Source: Nitrospirales bacterium (GTDB lineage Bacteria > Nitrospirota > Nitrospiria > Nitrospirales > UBA8639). From it: a DNA stretch of 64,000 nucleotides. The notes under the pieces were generated by a model. That model was not told where the DNA came from. It worked only from the letters and a program-made list of their open reading frames with translations, and did no database searches. The DNA lies in contig BQIW01000005.1 in the NCBI GenBank assembly GCA_021604105.1, forward strand, positions 12,621-76,620, in the 5' to 3' direction. The first letter of the stretch is position 1, and every line of letters starts with the position of its first letter. Shown piece after piece: positions 27,869 to 37,714 of this stretch. The translations under genes were made by a program, and so were the position numbers.

Positions 27869-30046
27869 TCACACGACAAGCCAAAACAACAACCCAATCC
27901 CCACAATGAGCCAGAATATCATGACCAGTAAGTGGTGCTGTAACGTGCGGGGTTCCATTTCCTGCATCATATTCCCTGTGCTCGCTGCTTGATTTCCGGC
28001 ACGAATCACGTTCTTATCGAGAACTCTAATCTCGATTCTTTTCCATAACCAGTTGGCGATACCTAGGCTGCGTTGGCCGATACCCACGACGACCCGATCG
28101 ACACCACGAAGGTCCACCACCCGCCAAAGCCAACCGGCCATTCCTACGCTGTTCCGTCCCAAGCCTACTACCAGCCCGTCAATCCCCCGAAGGTCCACGA
28201 CCCGCCACATCCACTTTGCCGCCGCCACCGACACATTTGCGATTCCCATGATCATGGCGTCAAACACATTCCGGTCGACAACTCGCCAGAGCCATCGGGC
28301 CAACCGGAGGGTGGGCACCACAACATACGCATCATATATTTCGTCAAAATACAATTTATTCAGAAAGTGGACATACCATCGCTTACTCATTTTCGATTGT
28401 TGAAACCAGGAACCCGAAAATTTTGTCAAGGAAAAGTACCCAACTGCGATACCGCCTACTGCCACAGCCAATGCAACAATAAGTTGCAAGCCGGTCTCCC
28501 TCGAAGTGTGCCTCTGAATCGGAGCCATCCGATGTCCCACGACAGGGGAAAGAAATTCCGAAAACCAACTCCACAAGACCAGCAACAGGCTTCCAAACAT
28601 TCCAATGACAAACAAGATTCCCAGAAGATGGATGGGGGAAAAGAAGCGCGGCTTCATGGCCTGCTTTCCCATTCCACTTCCATAGCCTGTCGAAAGCGGT
28701 TCACCAAACAACACCAGCACACCCCGCATGACATACATGGATGAGAAAAATACTGTCAGAAATCCCAGAATCCAAAACGTCCATTGGGCTGAGGATCCCG
28801 GTTGAATCATCCACAATTGCTCATACGGCCCGAAAAAAATCAGGAACGGGGGAAGGCAGGCCAACAGCAGAGCTCCTAGCACTAAAGGCCCCATAGAAAG
28901 CATTGAGGACCCACGACGAGCAAGCGACGAAGGCGCATGCCCATGGGAGCCAACGGAACGAAGTGCATTTCCCGTCGATAAAAATAAGAACCCCTTTAAA
29001 CAGCCATGGGCCAACATATGAAAAATCGAGATGACAAAGGCTCCGACTCCGCAGGTCATGATCATGAAACCGATTTGACCAATGGTGGAAAACGCCAGCA
29101 TGCGCTTAATATCAACCTGAGTCAGGGAAACAAGGGTTGCAAAAAGTGCTGTCATACCCCCGATAACCGCAATGACAGTCATGGCTTCTGGCGAAAGTAT
29201 CACGAGGGGACTCATGCGAACCAACAAAAAGGGGCCCGCATTCACCATGGTCGCGGCGTGAATCAACGCGGAAACAGGGGTGGGCGCTTCCATGGCAAAG
29301 GGGAGCCAGACATGGAATGGCACTTGTGCGGATTTTCCCATGGCTCCCAGGAAAAGAAACAGTGTAATGAGAGTCAGGATGTGAATGGGCACGTCCACCC
29401 CCAGCCAGCCGAACAGATTGATGGTATTTCCCTGGAGCGATGGAGCTTCCGCTAAAATGGTCTGGATATCGAGTGTTCCAAAAATGGAATAAGTCAGAAT
29501 GATTCCAAAACCTAAGCCCACATCCGCGACCGAATTCACGAGAAAGGCCTTGGTCGCGGCTTGAGCCGATGATTGCCGCTCCCCCCAATGAGAAATTAGC
29601 AAATAAGAACAGATACCCATGATCTCCCAGAACACAAACATCATGAGCAGATTATTGCTCAAAACCAGCATGATCATGGCGAACGTAAACAGGGCAATGA
29701 CCGCAAAAAAACGATTATACCGGGGATCGCCGATCATATAACGCGACGCATACACATGCACCACGCTGCTCACACCAGTCACCAAGAGCAGGAGCAACAC
29801 CGTGAGCTGGTCGATGTAGAGACCCAAATCTACAATCAGGTCTCCCGATTTCATCAATCGATAGAGAGGAATGGAGAACGCCCCGTCAGTTGCCACTTGA
29901 GCAAACGCGATAGCGGAAAAAGCGAAAGAGAGGGCCATGGCAGGGATGCCGATCTTATGGCCTTGCTCTCCCAGCCAGGGTTTTCCCAGCACGAGAACCA
30001 GAACGGCCATCAGAGGAAGGAGGGGAATAAGGATGAGGAATGTCAT
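27869..30046 (-). CDS. NuoL/MrpA-like antiporter-type subunit with expanded lateral-helix region
   Basis: 725 aa with HVWLPFAMEAPTPVSALIHAATMV and a FDEIYD segment followed by repeated W.WRVVD units and a final TM. Confidence 0.85.
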   Translation of the reverse strand: MTFLILIPLLPLMAVLVLVLGKPWLGEQGHKIGIPAMALSFAFSAIAFAQVATDGAFSIPLYRLMKSGDLIVDLGLYIDQLTVLLLLLVTGVSSVVHVYASRYMIGDPRYNRFFAVIALFTFAMIMLVLSNNLLMMFVFWEIMGICSYLLISHWGERQSSAQAATKAFLVNSVADVGLGFGIILTYSIFGTLDIQTILAEAPSLQGNTINLFGWLGVDVPIHILTLITLFLFLGAMGKSAQVPFHVWLPFAMEAPTPVSALIHAATMVNAGPFLLVRMSPLVILSPEAMTVIAVIGGMTALFATLVSLTQVDIKRMLAFSTIGQIGFMIMTCGVGAFVISIFHMLAHGCLKGFLFLSTGNALRSVGSHGHAPSSLARRGSSMLSMGPLVLGALLLACLPPFLIFFGPYEQLWMIQPGSSAQWTFWILGFLTVFFSSMYVMRGVLVLFGEPLSTGYGSGMGKQAMKPRFFSPIHLLGILFVIGMFGSLLLVLWSWFSEFLSPVVGHRMAPIQRHTSRETGLQLIVALAVAVGGIAVGYFSLTKFSGSWFQQSKMSKRWYVHFLNKLYFDEIYDAYVVVPTLRLARWLWRVVDRNVFDAMIMGIANVSVAAAKWMWRVVDLRGIDGLVVGLGRNSVGMAGWLWRVVDLRGVDRVVVGIGQRSLGIANWLWKRIEIRVLDKNVIRAGNQAASTGNMMQEMEPRTLQHHLLVMIFWLIVGIGLLFWLVV
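27989..28294 (-). repeat. 3.8 tandem copies of an 81-bp / 27-aa unit inside the NuoL-like gene
   Basis: WLWRVVDRNVFDAMIMGIANVSVAAAK / WMWRVVDLRGIDGLVVGLGRNSVGMAG / WLWRVVDLRGVDRVVVGIGQRSLGIAN / WLWKRIEIRVLDKNVIRAGNQ (aa 585-686). Confidence 0.9.
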
Positions 30047-30075
30047 ATCAGCAGTACACCATATACCCGATCCTA

Positions 30076-31545
30076 CTACAGCCCTGGTGGAACCGCGTTC
30101 TTGAGGAGAAAGTTGACAATGTGATCGCTCATCAGTCCCAAAACAATGACCGCCACTGACGTAGCGCCGAGACCAATTTGAACCGCCAACGGAATTTCAC
30201 GGATGAGAGGAGACTGCTGAGCTGACCGGTCCCGAAACACTCGTTCAAATACTTTCACGAAGTAAGCCAGAGTTAACAGAGTCGCAATTAACACCGCGCC
30301 AATGGCAAGATAGTTCTGCGCTTCCACCGCGCCAAGAATGATATACCATTTTCCAAAAAATCCCCCGGTTGGAGGAATCCCGATCATCGACAGGGCTATA
30401 ACCACCAGGGCAACAGACATCCATCCCGCTCCTCCTTGTGATCGCCCAAGATCCTCAATCGTCCGAACTCCATACAGATGAATTATTGCCCCCGCCCAAA
30501 AAAACAATCCCGCTTGCATCACGGCATCATTCAAAAGATAAAACACTCCTCCGACAAAACCTGTTTGATTTCCGAGACTAATCCCCACCAGAATCAATCC
30601 GATATGCGAAAGCCCTCCATACGCAAACATCCGCTTAATTTCTACCTGGGACAGAGCCAGAAATGCGCCAACCAGAGCTGCAAGAGCACCCAACAGTCCC
30701 ACTAAAAACAGGATAGGGATCTGGTAGACCACTGCCTGAGCTCCGAGCACCCAAAACATAATGCGAATCCATCCATACAACGCGACCTTGGTCACTAACG
30801 AGGCCAGGATGGGTGACACTCTGTCTGGCGCATACGTATACGCATCCGGCAACCACCCATGGAGGGGCACCAAAGCCATCTTGATGCCCAGCCCAATGAA
30901 CATGAATAACACCCCAACCGCAAGGGCCTTAGACGTCACCAAAGGGGGCACCCGCTGAGCCAGATCTGCCATGTTGAGCGTACCCGTCTCGGCGTACAAA
31001 TATCCCACTCCCAGCAGATACAAGGAGGCTCCGAAGGTACCTAAAATTAAATACCGGAATCCGGCGACAAGAGCCTTCCCACCACCCAACCCGACCAAGG
31101 CATAGGCGCACAGGGCGGATACTTCTAAAAAAACGAATAGATTGAACAAATCACCGGCAAACACCATGCCGGTCAAGCTGGCTATCAATAATAAGACCAG
31201 GGTATAAAATGGGACAATCCGGCTACCGAGGTAAGGAAACAGGGCAGAACTGAGGAAGGTGATACACACCAATCCGACGAGACTCAAAGCCACGGTCATG
31301 ACACTGGACAAGCCGTCCGCCACCCACTCAATCCCGACCGGAGCGGCCCATCCCCCAAAGTCATAATGAATGGTCCCGCTTTGAAGAACTCCCACCAGAT
31401 TAGCGAAAGAGACCGGGACCATCGCCCCCAGCACGCCAATCGATAATGGCCGACACCACTCTCGATGCTTGATCCCGATTAGTGGTAAACCAATGGCCAA
31501 ACTGAGAGGTAAGAGGAAAAGAATTGCTGGAAGGTGTCGCGTCAT
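30076..31545 (-). CDS. mrpD: MrpD/NuoN-like antiporter-type subunit (PF00361-like)
   Basis: 489 aa, polytopic, with LHGWLPDAY. Its start overlaps the mrpC-like stop. Confidence 0.8.
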   Translation of the reverse strand: MTRHLPAILFLLPLSLAIGLPLIGIKHREWCRPLSIGVLGAMVPVSFANLVGVLQSGTIHYDFGGWAAPVGIEWVADGLSSVMTVALSLVGLVCITFLSSALFPYLGSRIVPFYTLVLLLIASLTGMVFAGDLFNLFVFLEVSALCAYALVGLGGGKALVAGFRYLILGTFGASLYLLGVGYLYAETGTLNMADLAQRVPPLVTSKALAVGVLFMFIGLGIKMALVPLHGWLPDAYTYAPDRVSPILASLVTKVALYGWIRIMFWVLGAQAVVYQIPILFLVGLLGALAALVGAFLALSQVEIKRMFAYGGLSHIGLILVGISLGNQTGFVGGVFYLLNDAVMQAGLFFWAGAIIHLYGVRTIEDLGRSQGGAGWMSVALVVIALSMIGIPPTGGFFGKWYIILGAVEAQNYLAIGAVLIATLLTLAYFVKVFERVFRDRSAQQSPLIREIPLAVQIGLGATSVAVIVLGLMSDHIVNFLLKNAVPPGL

Positions 31546-31922
31546 TCCAGCCTTTTGAGAATTTCTTCTTCGTCCAGGCTGCCGTATTTTTTATAAATGG
31601 CATCGGCCAACGCCAACGATACTCCAAGGGTGGCGACACCCACCACAATCGCCGTCAATGTCAGCACATGAGGGAGAGGATTCGCATAGACTTCTGGTTG
31701 AACGGTCTCGGTAGTGGAGAGCAAAATGGGCACCGTGGCACCTCGCTTGGCACTGGTGGTGACGAGGAAAAAGATCACACTTGTTTGCATGAGATACATC
31801 CCGATAAGTTTTTTCACCAGATTGTACCGGGTCACCATAATATAGATACCCCACAGAAACAGCAGGACAAAGGCAATGTAGTTGGGGCGCTGCAGCCACC
31901 CCCCGATCATCTCAAACATCAT
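31542..31922 (-). CDS. mrpC: MrpC/NuoK-like subunit
   Basis: 126 aa with 3 TM. The call rests on NuoK/MnhC-like size and position. Confidence 0.75.
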   Translation of the reverse strand: MMFEMIGGWLQRPNYIAFVLLFLWGIYIMVTRYNLVKKLIGMYLMQTSVIFFLVTTSAKRGATVPILLSTTETVQPEVYANPLPHVLTLTAIVVGVATLGVSLALADAIYKKYGSLDEEEILKRLE

Positions 31923-32361
31923 ATTCCTGCTCGGTATCGTGATAGGCCAAGCTGAGAACGATGGAGATCCCTGTTACCGCAACATCCACGGCCACGCCGA
32001 TTTGTGCCAGCAGAATCCCCGTATACCGACGTGCAGGAGCATCCAAACCCGGAATTTCCAAATTGGCATAGTTCAGAAATTCCCCACCTCCAATGAGACA
32101 TAAGCCACCCACTCCCACAAAAATAATCAATCCGATCCCATCGCCATGCAAGACCTTTTCCACCAAACGTCCCTGAGGTGACTTCAGCCCAAATACCAAA
32201 AAAGCCAGGATCATACTCGTCGTCCAAATGACGCCGGCCACAAACCCTCCTCCCGGGCCGTACTGGCCGAAGAACAAAACGTACAGGGCAAACAACTGCG
32301 CCAGAGGAATGAGCAAACGACTCATGGTCTGAACGATGATGCTGTCGTGGATCTGTTTCAT
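31912..32361 (-). CDS. mrpB: MrpB-like subunit (MnhB domain, C-terminal part)
   Basis: 149 aa with the GQYGPGGGFVAGV motif typical of the MnhB domain. Confidence 0.7.
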   Translation of the reverse strand: MKQIHDSIIVQTMSRLLIPLAQLFALYVLFFGQYGPGGGFVAGVIWTTSMILAFLVFGLKSPQGRLVEKVLHGDGIGLIIFVGVGGLCLIGGGEFLNYANLEIPGLDAPARRYTGILLAQIGVAVDVAVTGISIVLSLAYHDTEQEYDV

Positions 32362-32891
32362 GAGCCTGGCTCCCGTAATAACAAGGCACAGGCAATGCCG
32401 GCGGTAAATATCACCACGGTCTCAATCAACGTATCAAATGCCCGATAGTCCATCAGCACCGAGGTGACCACATTCGGCGTGAGCGTGTCCGCAAAGCTAT
32501 TCTGTAAGTACAGAGGAGAAATGTGCACGTTGGGCGGAGAGGTTGGGTCACCAAACTGAGGAAGATCATTCGCCGCTAATAATAACAGAATGCCCAACAA
32601 CGGCAATCCGAGCACTCCAGCAAGAGGAGGAGGGGGACGACGAAGGCGGCTATCCTTTGGAGCGGTATCAAACAACGTAATAAGAAACAACACGGTGGCC
32701 AACCCGGCCCCAATCACGGCCTCCACAAACGCCACATCCACCGCACCCAGCCAGGCCCAAACCAGGGACAGGAAGAAACTATACGACCCGAGGATAAACA
32801 CTGAACTCATCAATTCCTTGACCAAAAAGGTCGCGCTTGCCGCCGTCAGAACCAAAAGTAACAGCAAGGCAATATTCACGGAATACATCAT
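32358..32891 (-). CDS. DUF4040/MbhD-like plus MnhB N-terminal-type subunit
   Basis: The start at 32891 (MMYSVNIALLL) overlaps the mrpG stop. It contains VVTSVLMDYRAFDTLIE, typical of MnhB. The track ORF is extended upstream into mrpG. Confidence 0.6.
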   Translation of the reverse strand: MMYSVNIALLLLLVLTAASATFLVKELMSSVFILGSYSFFLSLVWAWLGAVDVAFVEAVIGAGLATVLFLITLFDTAPKDSRLRRPPPPLAGVLGLPLLGILLLLAANDLPQFGDPTSPPNVHISPLYLQNSFADTLTPNVVTSVLMDYRAFDTLIETVVIFTAGIACALLLREPGS

Positions 32892-33187
32892 TGGTCTTCC
32901 TCCGTCTGAGGTTTGAGGCCGGCCCGATACGCGGCTCGAACGGTTGCATGAGCGATGACCGGATTCAACAGCATGAGCAAGACCAGGACGACCAGAATCT
33001 TCAGCATATTGATCCCGAAACCCTGGTACAGAGCAAGGCCCGCGAGGACACAAATCGCGCCCAGGGAATCGGTCAGGGAGACCGCATGGGATCGCGAAAA
33101 CACGTCGGGGAGGCGTATCGTGCCAATTGCAGCCACCACAAGGAAGAAGATCCCCACCAGAATTAACCCGATGGCAAGAACGACCAT
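32888..33187 (-). CDS. mrpG: MrpG-like subunit
   Basis: 99 aa with the GTIRLPDVFSRSHA motif typical of MnhG/PhaG. Confidence 0.8.
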   Translation of the reverse strand: MVVLAIGLILVGIFFLVVAAIGTIRLPDVFSRSHAVSLTDSLGAICVLAGLALYQGFGINMLKILVVLVLLMLLNPVIAHATVRAAYRAGLKPQTEEDQ

Positions 33188-33457
33188 TTAGGGTGTCCCT
33201 CGTTGCTCAAGAAATTTGGCAATAGCAAATGCCCCCACCAGGTTTAGAAGCGCATATCCCGTAGAGATGTCCACAAACATCTCCACACGGTCATAGACTG
33301 TTCCCATGACGACCCCCAGAATGATGGCTTTGGTCGAAATTCCCGCTAATCCTAATACCCGATCAAACACCGTGGGACCCTGAATCACCCGGTACAAATA
33401 CACGAGGATCAGAAATGACAAGGTAATTAACAAAAATAGAAAGAAATCAATCATCAC
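33188..33457 (-). CDS. mrpF: MrpF-like subunit
   Basis: 89 aa with 3 TM and an MnhF/PhaF-like sequence (DRVLGLAGISTKAII). Confidence 0.75.
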   Translation of the reverse strand: MMIDFFLFLLITLSFLILVYLYRVIQGPTVFDRVLGLAGISTKAIILGVVMGTVYDRVEMFVDISTGYALLNLVGAFAIAKFLEQRGTP

Positions 33458-33945
33458 AAATTCGTGTCTTCCTGAAAGACCCAGGCAAGTTTGCGCTCCA
33501 TCCGGCCGGTGGTAAAATCATTCCCTGCTGACTCATCTATGGCATGCACGAGGAAAGTATTGCCGTTGATTTCAACCGTAATAGTACCTGGCGTGAGGGT
33601 CACAGAATTCCCAAGCACAACGATCGCGCCCCGATGTTTTAATTGAGACCGGTAGGTGATAAGTCTGGGCTTAATGGGTAACGAGGGATTCAGAATGAGT
33701 TTCGTCAAATGTAGACTACTCTCCACAATCCGTAAAAAGAGCCAGGGGCAGTACAGCACCATACGGCCCCATGGGAATTGCTGAAAGGGAGAATGAGGGA
33801 ACCCCGTATTTAACCATGCGACTCCGCAAGAGGCCGTGAATCCGAGAACGAGGTGAAAATTGTCGTACTTCCCTGACAACACAAGCCAGCCACAAAATAA
33901 GGCCAAGGTGTTAGCGACAAACTGTTTGGGAAAAGAAGATTTCAT
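33454..33945 (-). CDS. mrpE: MrpE-like subunit
   Basis: 163 aa with the SVTLTPGTITVEI motif typical of MnhE. Confidence 0.8.
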   Translation of the reverse strand: MKSSFPKQFVANTLALFCGWLVLSGKYDNFHLVLGFTASCGVAWLNTGFPHSPFQQFPWGRMVLYCPWLFLRIVESSLHLTKLILNPSLPIKPRLITYRSQLKHRGAIVVLGNSVTLTPGTITVEINGNTFLVHAIDESAGNDFTTGRMERKLAWVFQEDTNL

Positions 33946-34002
33946 TCTATATTATCTTCAGATCAAAACCTGAACGGCTCGAATCACCAAACCCGATAAA
34001 AT

Positions 34003-34059
34003 ATAAAAAAAGCCAACCAAATGTTTTTCGAATGAGGTGTTCAAAAAACCTGGTTGGCT
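34003..34059 (-). terminator. intrinsic terminator (hairpin element A) between dabA and mrpE
   Basis: On the minus strand: AGCCAACCA...TGGTTGGCT (9-bp outer stem, further inner pairing GTTTTTTGAA/TTCGAAAAAC) followed by TTTTTTTATAT. Confidence 0.6.
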
Positions 34060-34430
34060 TGTACTGTCTCCAGCCAATCGGAACTAACCAAATGCCGGGA
34101 ACCCTACTGCCATGATGAATAATATTTCGGCACACCGGATGCTACCACTCTTCCGACTCAGCCTGCGCCAAATAAAAAAATGGGCCTCATCCTTTTGAAC
34201 AATCTGCAAGCCTCCGACCTTATACCAGGCACCCTCTTCCCTCCACAACTCCGAATCAAAGAGATAGGTTCGACTGGAGTCGTTTAACCTACCTGCTGGG
34301 GGCTGCTTGGACCTGTAAATGGAAACGAAAGCCCTAAGGAATACTCATCCCACGTGGGAGATGATAGGAGTTTCGATCAGGAATTCAAAGCACGGCAGAA
34401 GTCAAAAAGTCGTTCATTCGTATCGTCAAA

Positions 34431-37400
34431 TCATATGTTCATCGTAACCGGTTCCCAGGTGAAGTCAGAGAGATACCGAGAAAAGCTTTTGGAGCCCGGA
34501 TCAAACGCGACGACATGCATCCATTGGTTATGGAAAACATGTTGAAGCAAATCGTGCTTCTGAATGATGCACCGTATTCGATCCGGCGGCGCCTCAATGA
34601 TGGCAAGTAAGCGCATGGGTTCATGGTAGTGCCGTGCCCCATCGTTTACCGATTGAAGGGGAAGGCCTTTTTGCAGGTCACTTTGGCTCCCTAACATCAC
34701 ACCAACTCCGGCAACCATATTGTGAATGACCTTGCTTCCGCTCCCAAAAGCCCAGGGATCCACAGCCGAAAAGTAATAGGTTAAGTTAATCAATTCGCCC
34801 ACGATGAGAGGTGCGGTCATGATTTTTTCAAGAAGGCCCCCATCAGGATCCGAACCAGGGTCATAAGAATGCAAAAAGACTCTCCCTTCCAAATCTAGAC
34901 CTTTTGTAAGAGCCCGCCTGCCAATCAAAAATGCAGCATTCCCTGACAATCCCCATTCAGGACGCGAATTAGCCCAATCCATGCTCCGTTGCCTGACATG
35001 CTTAAATGCATCACGGGGAGACACCCCTGTGGGAGCCCCTGGAATTCGCCGGCATCGCTCCAATGCCTGATTGGTGCCAGCCTTCTCCAAGTCCTTCACC
35101 AACAGTGCTAAATCCTCTACATGGGTAGCTGGAATATCCTCAAGGTCGTACAACGTCACTCGATCCGTAGTCGTGTTGTGTTTGGCGGGAAGAAACCAGG
35201 TATCTTCCGGAATGACCAAATTGTGATCGTTCAGAATTTTCCGGACCTCCGGATTATTCGCCATAGCCGAAAAAACCCGGGCATTTGGATCACCATGACT
35301 TCCTCCACAGGCGCCACAATCCAAGGCCGCATAATAGGGATTATTATCTGACTGGCTTCCATGGCCGCAGACCATCACAAACCGGCCAAACTGTTTCGTC
35401 AGTCCGATCACACGCAACCCGCCTTCCACGAAGGCCGCTTGTTCCAAAATGGTGAAGCCTCGCGTCAACTCTCCCAGACGCTTCCTTGCCTGCGTGTCTT
35501 CACTGGAAGGCTCAACAGGAATTTGTGTGGCCACGGTGTTCCCGAGTCCTCTGTGTACCCACCGTTTAATTGTGTCGAAGGATGTTCGAAACAGGGTTTT
35601 TCCTAACAACCCGACGCTAAAAAACATCCCCAGCACATCAATTAACAAAAAAGAAGCAAATGGGTTGTGCTTCAGATCATGAAAGAGGTGATGACTGAGT
35701 TGGTGCCACCTGGTGCCGGAGAGATAGTCTTTCACATTATCATTCTGCCCGACTCGCGGCATTTCACTGACTTCCGCTGTGGGTGTCAATAAAATGGGAC
35801 ATAACGCCAGGTAGTCGTGGCTATCAAAACCCACATAACTCATGGGCACCCCAAAGAATCCGGCATATCCAAACGTTTCGTACGGCCCCTGGTCCTCAAG
35901 ATGACGACGAAAGGACTCTGAGCGCGCATCGATACAAAAAATCCCTTGCCCCCGAGGCCGGTCATTAATAACTGGGGCCGCGGTTTGATGCCCGCTGATG
36001 GTCTTCAATAGTTGCTCCCGATAGACCTCTTCATACGCATCTAGCCATACCGGCCCATGCGCAGATTCAGGAAAAAGATCCAGCCATTCCAGTAATGTGG
36101 AAACGTCGGTTTGAGATAATTCGTGGACCTCAAAGAGAGTCAATTCCAAAAACTGAGCCAGGTGAAATATGCGCCAAGCCTGACGACACACCCCATCAAT
36201 ATAAGGGTCGGTCGTGTGAGAAGAAAGACGGCGCAACGCTTGTTCATCCTCACCAAGTTTGTTCCAATGGTCTAGCAGAGCAGGCAATGTCCCCTTGATC
36301 CCCCATTCACGTTGGCAGAGTCCCTCCACCATTCCCGATTCATAAAAAAGCCGAACGGCGAGATATTGCAAGGGATCGATGGGGTAGTCTGCTTGTGCAG
36401 GATATCCGGTATGGTCTCCACGCCAACGGATAAATCCCGCCCATCCAGGTAATTGCGCCAGATGTCGCGACAGATACTCTCGCCATCGATCCTTCGGAAT
36501 ATTGAGATCCTGCAAATGTCTGCACAGCATCTCCTCTGGGGAATCAGACAATTCGCGGAACTTTTGTCGAAGATGGGGAATCCCGAGAAATCTGCCTGAG
36601 AGATCCCCTTGCGCGAGTTCACGCCAGGCAGCATAGAAACCCTTTTCTCTTTCAGGCATGCTCCATCCGGCAACCCCCTCGTCAACAAATGCCGCAACCC
36701 ACTTGATCATGTGCGTATTGATGGTCCCAACGATCTCGCTCCCCGTCACACGGTCCAGCCAATCACCCAGCGTTCTGTTGGTAGGTAAATCAACCGGGAC
36801 CGAATGAGCCTCTTCCCTTAAGAAATTTGATCTTCGACTGAGAGCAGATGCATGAGAAGGAGACGTACCCAACAACGGGTCAGCCAATTGACAAGCCTCC
36901 AACGAACTTTTCCAGAGGTTGTGCAGATAGGCGAATTCCGGATCATGCCGGCACTTCTCGCACTCACGGATCATGCGGTCAATAATCGTTGTGCGAGAAT
37001 CCTGCGGAACATCGGATCGGAAACGAGTTGTTGCACCTTCTAATTCTATCATCCAGGAATGAAGGACAGGATTGAGCTCTTCAATGCCGTAAATGGCATG
37101 AATCCTCCAAATGTCTCTCACATGAATGGCACGTCCACAAATTTGGATGGTCGCGGGAGAAGGAAGTGGAGGCCCCACTTGCCGAAGAGCCTGTTCGAGA
37201 GCCCCCGGAGTAATTCGGCCTTGATGAAAAAATTGGCGGTACTCTTCAACAGGCAAAAATCCCTTGGCACCCAACAACTGATTCGCCGCCTCAATCGCAC
37301 GGCGAAATGGTAAATGCTCGAGATCCCGAATGGGGTTGTAGTAGGCAAATGTTTTCATCGGCCAATACGGCCCTATAGGCTGAGAGGCCTCCACAACGAT

Positions 37401-37457
37401 TTCTCGCAGCCATTTCCAATTTGTCACGGTTGAACGATCTTGCTCTACGTTGAACAT
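34431..37457 (-). CDS. dabA: DabA (DUF2309), putative inorganic-carbon pump / vectorial CA subunit
   Basis: 1008 aa with the N-terminal PIGPYWPMKTFAYYNP signature, FCIDARSE (C508-x-D510-x-R512) and VCGHGS...ALDCGACGG (H699, C714). Confidence 0.9.
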   Translation of the reverse strand: MFNVEQDRSTVTNWKWLREIVVEASQPIGPYWPMKTFAYYNPIRDLEHLPFRRAIEAANQLLGAKGFLPVEEYRQFFHQGRITPGALEQALRQVGPPLPSPATIQICGRAIHVRDIWRIHAIYGIEELNPVLHSWMIELEGATTRFRSDVPQDSRTTIIDRMIRECEKCRHDPEFAYLHNLWKSSLEACQLADPLLGTSPSHASALSRRSNFLREEAHSVPVDLPTNRTLGDWLDRVTGSEIVGTINTHMIKWVAAFVDEGVAGWSMPEREKGFYAAWRELAQGDLSGRFLGIPHLRQKFRELSDSPEEMLCRHLQDLNIPKDRWREYLSRHLAQLPGWAGFIRWRGDHTGYPAQADYPIDPLQYLAVRLFYESGMVEGLCQREWGIKGTLPALLDHWNKLGEDEQALRRLSSHTTDPYIDGVCRQAWRIFHLAQFLELTLFEVHELSQTDVSTLLEWLDLFPESAHGPVWLDAYEEVYREQLLKTISGHQTAAPVINDRPRGQGIFCIDARSESFRRHLEDQGPYETFGYAGFFGVPMSYVGFDSHDYLALCPILLTPTAEVSEMPRVGQNDNVKDYLSGTRWHQLSHHLFHDLKHNPFASFLLIDVLGMFFSVGLLGKTLFRTSFDTIKRWVHRGLGNTVATQIPVEPSSEDTQARKRLGELTRGFTILEQAAFVEGGLRVIGLTKQFGRFVMVCGHGSQSDNNPYYAALDCGACGGSHGDPNARVFSAMANNPEVRKILNDHNLVIPEDTWFLPAKHNTTTDRVTLYDLEDIPATHVEDLALLVKDLEKAGTNQALERCRRIPGAPTGVSPRDAFKHVRQRSMDWANSRPEWGLSGNAAFLIGRRALTKGLDLEGRVFLHSYDPGSDPDGGLLEKIMTAPLIVGELINLTYYFSAVDPWAFGSGSKVIHNMVAGVGVMLGSQSDLQKGLPLQSVNDGARHYHEPMRLLAIIEAPPDRIRCIIQKHDLLQHVFHNQWMHVVAFDPGSKSFSRYLSDFTWEPVTMNI

Positions 37458-37653
37458 TGCCCCTCTTTCTACTTTTTCAACAGTACAGACATCTCATAGC
37501 GTCAAATCAAGATTTAAAGGATCCATTGGTGCTCTTACCGGTTAAAATAACGGGAATCAGGGTGAAATGGCAGAGGGAAAAACCTGACAAGACCATGCAC
37601 CCAACTCATGAGATTTAAGTTAATTTAGCAGCGTGCAAAAATCTCTATTTTCA

Positions 37654-37714
37654 ATAAAAAAGCCAACCGATAGGTGTCTCCTCTTTCCAGTTACAGGAGA
37701 TTACTCGGTTGGCT
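37654..37714 (-). terminator. intrinsic-terminator-like hairpin (element B) upstream of dabA
   Basis: On the minus strand: AGCCAACCGA...TCGGTTGGCT (10-bp stem, inner TCTCCT/AGGAGA pairing) followed by TTTTTTATTG. The stem and flanks resemble element A. Confidence 0.5.

Noticed and set aside
34124-34141. Plus-strand CGGCAC-ACCGG-ATGCT (GG-N10-GC) in the dabA-mrpE spacer.
   Set aside because: It points antisense into the 3' end of dabA with no plus-strand gene downstream and no upstream element, so it is probably fortuitous.
37558-37568. Partial match (ATTTCACCC on the minus strand) to the shared upstream-element half-site, upstream of dabA.
   Set aside because: It is a single half-site with no partner at 24 bp and no palindromic left half. 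No GG-N10-GC element lies between it and the dabA start.
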